Assembly (NCBI GenBank): GCA_024626585.2
Contig: JANKJI020000002.1
Span: 163,123,441-163,139,326, forward strand
Length of the DNA: 15,886 nt
Direction of reading: 5' to 3'
DNA from: Ginkgo biloba
Lineage: Eukaryota > Plantae > Ginkgophyta
Below are positions 1 to 9,397 of this stretch, one piece after another (the first letter of the stretch is position 1; each line of letters begins with the position of its first letter). Below the pieces are notes generated by a model that did no database searches, was not told the origin of the DNA, and was given only the letters and a program-made list of their open reading frames with translations. Both the position numbers and the translations under genes were made by a program.

Positions 1-1774
1 CCCGCTCCCTGGTCCTGGCTCACTTGCTCCCTGGCCAACCAGGGGAGGTGTCCGACCCAAGAAGAAAACGATGGCACCCTGGCCCTAGCTTTTTCTGTGT
101 GCAGTCGATGGCCCAGCATCTCATTTTTCCATTGTTTCAGCAGTTACTAAAGTGAAACATTCCCAACCACCATTTTTGTTTCATACAATTAACCACCTTT
201 AAAAAGAATCAAGAAACAATTACCAAAAATTTTCTCATGGAGGAAGCGATAAACGAAAGAAGACTAGTAATTTTTTAGGCTCTTGATTTTTTTCAGCAAC
301 AATCGTTAAGAAAAATCCAAAAGCCCCCCTCCATAGAAGTAGTAGGTAACTAAATCCGGACTTCATGAAAATACTTATTTCACCTTGCCTTAAACAGTCC
401 ATTTTGTTGAAATATAAACAAAAAGAGTGGAGTAGAGTTTCAGTGGACGAAGCCAGAACGAAAAAGAAGTGTTACTAACACAGAGGGAATTGGAGTGAAG
501 ATAAAAGGAGAGTAGTTCCTAAGAGCTTGTCGTTAAAGTTTACAGTAGTACAAAGAAGATTTGAAACTATGGATAATCGTAGTGAGGAAGGATCCAAATC
601 AACTCATTCATCAAATAATGCCAATGGTGCTAAGCACCATTTTAATCATTCCGATAAACACCATTATCCCAATCTAATTTTCTAGCCTTTTGTAAAAAAT
701 GTTTGGAAACCTAGTCTAGTATATCAAGCAAGAATATGGCTGGGAGTTCCCCATAACAATGAGGCTACACGAGGAGAGTTGCTTGGAGGGCGTAATCTGC
801 GAGAACTCATGTACCAAGACTCCTTAACCCAACAAGAAAGACACATCTAGTTAGAGGTGACCTATCATGTTGAGGACATCATGAGACAAGCAGGGGGGAA
901 ATGATAAGCGAATGCTTCACTTCTCATAATTTGGTGGTTCAACGAGTCTAACATTAGAGTACGCTGACAAAGGGTATGACTTCAAGATCAGATCAGTATA
1001 GAAACAGTCCTATTGATAGTTTTGATTTATCTCTTTGTATTCCTTTTTATGATGCATGTATAAATGACCTATCTAAGTGATTGGGTTCATGTTTACTTGC
1101 CAGTCGCTTGGTGACTGGCAACTATAAGTCACTGGTATGCAATGTACTTTCCAGTCACTATGACTGGGACGACTATTATGCATTTTTGCAGTTACAATGT
1201 TACTAATTGTTCTGGTTAGTTGTGGATAGTTAGACAGATATGATTNNNNNNNNNNNNNNNNNNNNNNNNNNNNNNNNNNNNNNNNNNNNNNNNNNNNNNN
1301 NNNNNNNNNNNNNNNNNNNNNNNNNNNNNNNNNNNNNNNNNNNNNAATAGAAAAATCGCTGGGCATGCCAAGAAAGGTGGAGAGAGACTATTTCCTTGGT
1401 CACATGCACCATCCAACGTGACCCCGAGCTTTCAGAAAAGGGGCGATAGTGGTCCAAAAGTGGTTTTTGAATGGTTTTTTAGGGGAAAATGAAGCGGAAC
1501 GGGGATACAAAGCCAATGCCCGAAAAACCCTTAAGCTCAAAGGCTCCGGAAAGTTGGGACCTGCCAAAACCAAGAACGAACATCCAATAGTGAGAACGGG
1601 TGGGACAAAGCCCCCAACCCTGGGCTTATACAAGAAAAAATATACAGATATACATTAAATGCAACATCCCGCGAAACCTCAGTCATCAGGCACAAAGGCG
1701 TATTTGGCATTCTTGGGTCGCCCCTAGTTGATGGCAATGTGAGTTGTCTAGGACTGCGGGCAATTGATTTCACA

Positions 1775-1963
1775 TTGAAGACAAAGAAGTTTCAATAAAC
1801 TTTGATTTTGGTGACAATAGGTTACCTTTGGGAGTAGAACAAGGATTCTGTAATCAATCCAAAACACTCCTAGACCCCAAAAGGTGGGCTTGCAAATGTG
1901 GAAGTTCGAGTGGACATTGGCAACACATGCTTCAAGGGCAAAGCTTATTAAGAGGGGATGTCA
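1775..1963 (+). mobile_element. 3' internal fragment of a second, upstream unit of the same LTR element
   Basis: Colinear similarity to ~4115-4295, e.g. tgtaatcaatcc..actcctagaccccaaaaggtgggc..atgtggaagttcgagt..caacacatgcttcaagggcaaagc vs tgtaataaatcc..actcctagactctaagaggtgggc..atgtggaagctcgagt..aaacacatgctttgagggtgaaac. Confidence 0.85.
1950..1960 (+). other. Polypurine tract (PPT) preceding LTR copy 1
   Basis: aagaggggatg ends 3 nt before the LTR TG. The equivalent site before LTR copy 2 reads aaaaaaggatggca. Confidence 0.7.
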
Positions 1964-2359
1964 TGTTATGTCCCCAAACTTTGTATATATTATATGGTTA
2001 ATTTTAATAATTATGTAGAGTCAAGTGGTGGCCCATGATTGTAATAGTAACCACAAAGATGTGATAAGCAGAGGTAGGCTAGGGTTGAGGCTAAGGAGGC
2101 CCATTTTGAATACATAAGGGCATTCAAGTCTCACTCGAAATTCATAATTGGGACTTTGGAATATTGTTTTGGAGCATTTGCTCATTGTGATATTCTGGAC
2201 TTAGGTGAGTCCCTTATGATGTTATATTGTCATTTGTTTGGCTTTTGAGGCATGGCTTTAATTCATATGGTGTATGGTTTATGTGCATACTATTGCATTT
2301 CCATTGGATTATGTGATTTATGGTGAATGTACGTAATGAAACCCTAAAGGTTCATAACA
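1964..2359 (+). mobile_element. Long terminal repeat (LTR copy 1, 396 bp) of a small LTR retroelement family
   Basis: Begins TGTTATG (1964) and ends CATAACA (2353-2359): a perfect 7-bp terminal inverted repeat with canonical TG...CA ends. A purine tract lies immediately 5' and a PBS immediately 3'. Homologous copies start at 4296 and 5088, all beginning tgttatgtccccaaa. Confidence 0.92.
2111..2120 (+). promoter_or_regulatory. Putative TATA box in LTR U3
   Basis: tacataaggg in copy 1 aligns with gatataagtg (copy 2, ~4442) and tatatcaggg (copy 3, ~5237), giving a consensus near TATATAAGGG about 150 nt into the LTR. Confidence 0.45.
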
Positions 2360-2361
2360 AG

Positions 2362-2379
2362 TGGTATTGGAGCTAAGTT
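2362..2379 (+). other. Primer-binding site complementary to initiator tRNA-Met (degenerate)
   Basis: tggtattggagctaagtt starts 2 nt after the LTR CA. It matches the plant tRNA-iMet PBS TGGTATCAGAGCCAGGTT at 14/18 positions, and all four mismatches are transitions. Confidence 0.85.
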
Positions 2380-3292
2380 CCTAGCTCTTGTGGAGTTGTG
2401 ACTCAAATCTATCAACTTTGTAATTCCAGACATTAGATTTTTGTGATTATTTTTGCTTATTCAGAAGCATTAAATTGAGACATACAATTTAAAGAAAAAG
2501 TTTGATTTCGAGTCCGAAAGATCTTTAAAAGTGCATTTGAAGTTGACTTCAAAATTAACTCTTATTGAGATATTCTTGAAGGGTTTTGCAAAAAGTGGAA
2601 GTTTTAGTAGAAAATTTGTCAAATTTTACGGAAAACTTTTACATATCGTGAAAGTAGACATCAAGGCACCCAAATTCAGGAAAAAAAATTGAATTGATTT
2701 GGGTTCCTTATGCCCTAGAAAGCTCAACACAAGTTCAGTTAGGGTTTTGAGGAGGCGATTGTAATTGTAAAATTTGTAGCACCAAACTTGTGAATTTTTG
2801 CAAGATTCTTTCAAATTTGTAAAGTTTAGATTGTTTTACCCAAAATCCATTTAAGGAGCATCCAAATCAGCCAATGTATGACTTTGTAATCACTCTTGGA
2901 AGATAGAGCAGTTTTTGGAGCCAAATTTAGGGTTTCTACAAGTGTGGCAAAACTAGAGGTATTTTTGAATGTTTTTCCTTTTTTTTCGACTTTTTTCGTA
3001 GTTAGAAAATTCAATTTGAGATAGTTAAAATCAAAGAAACTTTGAATTCATTTGGATTTTAGAAGCTCTTGTGGCACTTCAAATAAGCTAGGTTGCTATT
3101 ATAAGGGCTTGAGCTGAAATAACCAAATTTTTGTGGGTACCAGTCAAACTTTTCAGGTTATTTTTGCAAATTGATGTTGATCAAATTCTACTAATTAGTT
3201 TTCTTATAAAGAACATCAAATTTGGTTGCATGGTGATTCCATAACAACTTCTAAAAGGTTGGCCCTTGAGCCAAACTTATAAGAATTAGTAC

Positions 3293-3880
3293 AATGATGG
3301 AAAATTTGAATCCTGACCAAATAATGAAGATATTGGAGATGTTCTTTAGGAAGATTGTGGCCAAGTATGTGAGAGTTTGTGCGAAATAAAAAAATATTTA
3401 TGCGAAATAAAGGAAGACATTCGTAATGAAAGGGAAGAAAAAGAAGCTAAAGAAACAAAAAAAAAAGAACAAGAAGAAAAACAAGANNNNNNNNNNNNNN
3501 NNNNNNNNNNNNNNNNNNNNNNNNNNNNNNNNNNNNNNNNNNNNNNNNNNNNNNNNNNNNNNNNNNNNNNNNNNNNNNNNNNNNNNGAAGAACAAGATGA
3601 TGAAGTAGATGTTATATGCAAAGAATACAAAGAAGAGGAAGGAGATAATGAACAGGCTAAAGATAAACCACTTGGACAAGAAGTGGAAATGACAAAAGAG
3701 GAGACTATTGATGCAATATTTGGAAGCGAGTGGATGATGGGTTGAATTTCTCTTAAAGATTTTGTAATAGCAAGGAATTCATCAACATGTGGACCAAGGA
3801 TGCATTGCACATCACATCAAGAGGAGATCAAAAGAAAAATACCACAAGAGCATAACAAGCTACAATGTCATCATTCAAAA
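3293..3880 (+). pseudogene. Decayed Glu/Lys-rich ORF of unknown function inside the LTR element
   Basis: The frame of ORF 3377-3745 reads ...EDIGDVL*EDCGQVCESLCEIKKYLCEIKEDIRNEREEKEAKETKKKEQEEKQ-gap-EEQDDEVDVICKEYKEEEGDNEQ...IFGSEW with scattered stops. It has low complexity and no recognised domain. Confidence 0.4.
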
Positions 3881-4295
3881 TAAGCACAAAGAATGAGAGA
3901 TAAACAAGCATGCAATCTTCACAGTAGTATCGTTGCCACTATGAAGGAAGGACCAAGATTCAAGCAAGCATAACCATATAGACATCCACACTATCAAGAG
4001 GTCAAATTGTGAGACTATAAACATGCATCTTTAGAATGTTGGTTCAACCTCACTAAGAGAACCAAACTTACAAAGAGCTCGAGATGGAAGAAATCAAGTG
4101 AAGAATGATAGCATGAGAAGACGACAAACATATTCAAATCAATGCTTTGAGTGCAAAGCATTGCAAGAAGGGTGGATTGTAATAAATCCAAGGGAAGACT
4201 CCTAGACTCTAAGAGGTGGGCCTATAGATGTGGAAGCTCGAGTCGTCAATGGAAACACATGCTTTGAGGGTGAAACATAATAAAAAAGGATGGCA

Positions 4296-4626
4296 TGTTA
4301 TGTCCCCAAAATTATGTATATGTCTATGGTTAATTACAATAATTATTAGGGATAAATGGTACTCTATGTTTATAAGAATAACTAAAATGATATGCTAACT
4401 ATTGGTAGGATAGGGTTTAGTACAAAAAGGCCCATTTTTAGGATATAAGTGGATTCAAGTCTAAATTACAATTCATAATCAATAATTTGGAATATTGTTA
4501 TGGATCATTTGATTATAATAATATTTTGGACTCAAGTGAATCCTATATTACATCATCACTATTATATTTCCATCCTCTAATTTCTAAGGAATGGTTTATT
4601 ATTTTATATTGCATGATTAAATTATA
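4296..4626 (+). mobile_element. LTR copy 2 (3' LTR, runs into the N gap)
   Basis: Starts tgttatgtccccaaa and is colinear with copy 1 (ggtaggatagggtt, aggcccatttt, attcaagtct, aattcataat, tttggaatattgtt). The 3' end is hidden by the gap at 4627-4726. Confidence 0.88.
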
Positions 4627-5087
4627 NNNNNNNNNNNNNNNNNNNNNNNNNNNNNNNNNNNNNNNNNNNNNNNNNNNNNNNNNNNNNNNNNNNNNNNNNN
4701 NNNNNNNNNNNNNNNNNNNNNNNNNNGAACTGAGAATCCATAATGGATCATTACATACTGTTTCATGTATATCAAGTAGTGAGGATGAACTGTCCTCATA
4801 CTTTAGTACTTCTTGCAGGTCCAAAGTCTTACCTATCTTCATAGCTATCCTCTTTTGTAGTTATAAGCATATTGTGGACACAAGCTGTCCACATGACTCT
4901 CAAAGGAGGTGCCTTAGAAAAAGTTGAAAACAAATGTGTGGCCTCTCCTGCAAGACATGGACTAGGGCTGACAACCACTCTTGTTACCCTAATGTAGGCT
5001 TGATGTATTGGTGAGGTGAGGGATAGAGGTTGAGTGCCACCAATAGAAACATGGAAGGAAAAAACATAAATGAGGAGTATTAAGAAT

Positions 5088-5497
5088 TGTTATGTCCCCA
5101 AAATAAGATATATGACTATTGTTGATTATATCAATTATGTAAGAAACAAGTGGTGGGCCCATGTTTGTAACGGTAACTACAATTAAGTGCAAAGTAGAGG
5201 TAGGCTAGGGTTTAGGTGAAGGAGGACCATTTCAAGTATATCAGGGTACTTACACCTTACTTGTAATTCATAATTGTAACTCTAGAAAATTACTGTGGAG
5301 CATTTGCTCATTGTGATATTTTTGACTGAAATGAGTCTGTTGTGAGCTTTATAAGCATTGTATTGTGATCTCTTTGGCTTTTAAGGCACGGATTTATTAT
5401 TATATAATGCATGGTTAATGTGTATGGTGTTGTATTTTTGAAGAAGTATAATATATTTTTGGTGAATTTAAGTAGTGAAACCCAAAGTTTGACTACT
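5088..5497 (+). mobile_element. LTR copy 3, apparent solo LTR
   Basis: Starts tgttatgtccccaaa and shares caagtggtgg(g)cccatg, agaggtaggctagggtt, ggagcatttgctcattgtgatatt and ggtgaat..tgaaaccc with copy 1. The upstream flank is not the family's 3' internal sequence and no PBS follows. The 3' terminus is degenerate (gactact). Confidence 0.85.
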
Positions 5498-6828
5498 AAT
5501 CATGATGAAGCTTCTAGCAATAACTACTTCAACNNNNNNNNNNNNNNNNTTTGTTTAGACATTGCTTATCATTGCAAAAAGTGGCCATATGAAGTCATAA
5601 AAGATTTTCTAGAGGAACTTTATTGTTATGGTGAGATCAAACCTGTTGTTGATGATGAGTTTTTAGAAATGACTCCTTTGCTGGTTGGTCAATGTGAAGC
5701 AATGGAGCAGATCTGCTTTCATGAATACATTGTATGGGATGATGAGTTTGAATTCAAGGGAGAACTATGGGAGATTGAGTCAAAATGGGANNNNNNNNNN
5801 NNNNNNNNNNNNNNNNNNNNNNNNNNNNNNNNNNNNNNNNNNNNNNNNNNNNNNNNNNNNNNNNNNNNNNNNNNNNNNNNNNNNNNNNNNGCTCATACAC
5901 ACACTTTCACCATCATTCGGTAATCCATTAAGATCAGAAACAACTGCTGAGGAAATATCCACAAGCTTTGGAGCATCTATCAACATGCAAATAATACACT
6001 TCATACAAATGAAGTCCACTAGTAGAGGAGGTGAAATCAACAAGGGAACAAACCCAAATTCACTATAGTAATGCGTCGAGGATGATCCACGAAAAGTTGC
6101 AACCACTCCACACATTGATCCACATCATCCTTTTCCTTGATATTTGAATGAACCAAATATCACCCTTCGTTAAATCCCATTTTGGAACAAGAAGAAGAAT
6201 ACCTAATAGCAGTCACTAACGTGTACCCAAAGGGAAATCAATATGAGTATTTACACCATTATCAAATTACCACCATGCCAAGGGACAAGGAATGCAAACC
6301 GCAATTGACTTTACTTGCGAGAATCACCTCCAATGACACAATTAAAGAGTGTAATGCATTGTGAAGTTCAAGCATAGGTTTGAGCATGGGTAACCATGCG
6401 TACTATGAAGATGTTGTGCAAAACAACAATATTTAAAAAAAAACAAAGACATGATCTAGCCTCAGATTATGTCATCCTGATATGAATTTATCAGGCAATT
6501 CATTATGACTTTCTATCACATTAGAGTGGTAGCCATGCACCAATTTCATCCTTGTAGAACACCACTCCAAGTAAAAGTAGCTACTATCATCTCATCATAA
6601 AGTTGTCACATCATCACTATCAATCAACATAAGCCCCCCGTAGTCAATCACATCACATAACAAGACTTTTAAAGAACAACCTCAACATGCGATCTAACCC
6701 CAAGATCGTGATTACACGGGCCAATAGAATCATAAAGCACAAATCACACTAAAAAACAAGTGGATCACGCTTCCATACTGATTCTAAACAAAAACATTAT
6801 CATTTGAGGATATTGCCTCCTATCATAT

Positions 6829-7170
6829 TTATCTCTTCCTCCCCTGCTCTAACAACAAATATGGCTTAAGATGACTATTGTCCATTGACTTGGGGACCGC
6901 TTCACCATTTAACTATCGTAGTCAGGCATCACCATTCTCAAATAATTTATCAAGTTTATACAGGTCAAGCCAATCGAGTTTTAGCTTTTGAGGATGAGTT
7001 CAAAACATTTTATATATAATAAAACCAAATCACCTTCCTTAAATATTTGGATCTTGTAAATGTTGGTCATGTCGTACTTTCTAATGGTGTTGCATTGTTG
7101 CATCCATCCTACCAAATAATGAGTTTCATCCAACTTTAATAGTTGATACAACCTAGCCTGATTTGTTTTT
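6829..7170 (-). pseudogene. Ty3/gypsy integrase C-terminal region (GPY/F module), decayed
   Basis: The minus strand translates ARLYQLLKLDETHYLVGWMQQ...IFKEGDLVLLYKMF*THPQKLKLDWLDLYKLDKLFENGDA*LR*LNGEAVPKSMDNSHLKPY. This aligns with the FxxGDxVLL...KLxxxWxGPY...NG...LKxY pattern and with ORF 10244-10477. Confidence 0.85.
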
Positions 7171-8319
7171 CCACTGCCAAAATAATTTCGATTCTATCCT
7201 CCCACATCTTTTAACTGATTCCTTCTTTTATACGCTCATCGTGGGAAACAAGGACTAAGGTTTGCTCCTTAGGTGGCATCAAAAGATGCATGGGCTGAGG
7301 AGTACTTAGCCAACCATAGAAAGAAATTTAAATGTTAATCTATAAAAGGTTAATCATCCAAAAGGTTGTTGCCGCCTATCAAGATTATGATCCACCAAAT
7401 AGCCTTACGATCGCACCTTGATATGACCAATGGAGCCACCATTATCACCATGAAAGGTACTACAAGGGAGTTTCTAGGCAATGATTGATATTGAGCAACT
7501 TCTTTTTTGCCCATTCCTCGTTACAACAAAAGGGCACAAGAAAGAGGCCAATAGCCAATTGAACTATCCAACGATCATTTAAAAGATCTACATGTGTACA
7601 ATTGCAATTGCAAAGTCGTAAAATAATCTAGAAAATAATTATAGAGCGAGCATTAATCATCTATGGTTGAAAATGCAATTTGTGATGCACAGTTAAGGAC
7701 TAGTGAATACCCTCACAACATAATCCATGGGATTAACAATTAGATCCTGTGAAGGCAACAAAACAAAGGTTTGTTGTTGGCATGTAATCGGAAGCCAAGA
7801 TCTTGCCTACGATCCTTTTATCTAGCATTATGTAGATCGCACCATCACCTATTTAACATAGGACANNNNNNNNNNNNNNNNNNNNNNNNNNNNNNNNNNN
7901 NNNNNNNNNNNNNNNNNNNNNNNNNNNNNNNNNNNNNNNNNNNNNNNNNNNNNNNNNNNNNNNNNNNNNNNNNNNNNNNNNNNNNNNNNNNNNNNNNNNN
8001 NNNNNNNNNNNNNNNNNNNNNNATATACGATCATTAAGATACAATCCTAATTACATCATATAACACATGCTATAAGGAGTGCATAAAATATATACATGAT
8101 CAAATCTCCCTACAATAGTTAATCGATAAACAAAATTTGGAGATCTTAAAATAGTTAGTGGTTGAACTAAACCTTAGCCTCCTGCTAACAACAGTTTTTA
8201 AGTGGTTGGAATCCAGTGGATTCCAACGTGTGCCCCAACCCATTGAAGTACTAATTATGTTGGCAGTTTGATAATTAAATCTGAAAATGGATCATGACCC
8301 NNNNNNNNNNTCCATGTAG

Positions 8320-8593
8320 TTGTTGGGTTATATCATGGATAAAGCAATTGCCAATTACAAATTTGTAGTAAATGTTCTTTTGGAAAGCATTTGGAAGGCC
8401 ATCTGTAGTTCGAAGGCAATTCGAAGAGATTATACTCAAACGATGGTTGATCAATCTCAGGTTAGTCCATTGGGAATGACGAAGAATGTTTTTGTTATAT
8501 TAGTTGGCATGGTTGTCCTCTAAGAATTTGCAGTGTTGAAGATGTCCACGGGTGGTAGATTTTTACCCTACTCTTCTAGGGTGTGATTGGTTA
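8320..8593 (+). pseudogene. Retrotransposon aspartic protease (retropepsin), decayed
   Basis: KAIANYKFVVNVLLESIWKAI...TMVDQSQVSPLGMTKNVFVILVGMVVL*EFAVLKM.. / YPTLLGCDWL matches the gypsy protease pattern (VNVxxxSxWxxL..ADxS..PxG..NVxV..FxVL..LLGRxWL). The catalytic D-x-G motif is mutated away, with one stop and one frameshift. Confidence 0.8.
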
Positions 8594-9162
8594 TGTCATT
8601 GAGGCTTTGGAAAACTAGTGGCATTATACCTTTATGTTATGACAAGATGGTCATGTATTGGAGCTAACCCATGTCTATGGAAGGTCTAGTAATCATGAAA
8701 ATTAGAGATGAAGCTTTCGGTAGAACCATATTGTTAGAACCCCTGGCTAGTTCGTATTTGGAGTCTGCTTATCATTGCATGGTAGAACCATACAACAACA
8801 TGGAGGATGATTCTCATGAACCCAATAGTCAAGGTAAAATTGAGATAGGGGATAGTTCCAATGGTGGAAATTCAACCTCTCTCATGGTGAATGGGTTACA
8901 AGGGCATACAAACTCACCAGAATCCCTGCTAGATTGACAAAAGCTATGATTGTAACATCACTCCTCTTGCAGTAGTCGAAGACAATGATTTTCCCCAATA
9001 CGGGGACATGGTGATAATTGATGACACGTGTGGTGAGTCCTTAGAGGAAGATGCAACTCTTAATGTAGAATTGCTTAGCATGCCACTGACACTCAATGCA
9101 TTTGATCTAGAACATGAAAATGGAGCCATCCAAATCTCTAATTGTGTGAACAAATGGGAAGA

Positions 9163-9397
9163 NNNNNNNNNNNNNNNNNNNNNNNNNNNNNNNNNNNNNN
9201 NNNNNNNNNNNNNNNNNNNNNNNNNNNNNNNNNNNNNNNNNNNNNNNNNNNNNNNNNNNNNNNNNNNNNNNNNNNNNNNNNNNNNNNNNNNNNNNNNNNN
9301 NNNNNNNNNNNNNNNNNNNNNNNNNNNNNNNNNNNNNNNNNNNNNNNNNNNNNNNNNNNNNNNNNNNNNNNNNNNNNNNNNNNNNNNNNNNNNNNNT
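9163..9397. other. Assembly gap (235 N). Other gaps: 1246-1345, 3487-3586, 4627-4726, 5534-5549, 5791-5890, 7866-8022, 8301-8310, 11817-11916
   Basis: N runs are seen directly. The exact 100-N runs are conventionally placeholders of unknown size. Confidence 0.98.

Larger units (their letters stand above)
1964..4626 (+). mobile_element. Non-autonomous LTR retroelement (LTR-PBS-internal-PPT-LTR), large TRIM / small LARD-like
   Basis: LTR1 + PBS + ~1.9 kb internal region + PPT + LTR2. No RT, integrase or protease motif was found in the internal part. A 100-N gap at 3487-3586 is of uncertain true size. Confidence 0.7.

Noticed and set aside
2338-2347. Telomere-like AAACCCTAAA / TTAGGGTTT motifs (also ~2739, ~2927, ~12234)
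   Set aside because: Single dispersed telo-box-like words are common in plant LTR elements, and there is no tandem array.
1964-2359. Cassandra TRIM assignment
   Set aside because: No 5S rRNA-like segment is recognisable in the LTR, and the internal region is much longer than in Cassandra.
4873-4893. Hairpin tgtggaca-caagc-tgtccaca (and cctgata/tatcagg at 6476-6495)
   Set aside because: Isolated 7-8 bp stems are expected by chance in 16 kb. Bacterial-type terminators are irrelevant here.
8205-8240. Helitron 3' hairpin
   Set aside because: No CTRR terminus 10-12 nt from the stem on either strand. The same applies to the 15323-15351 stem.
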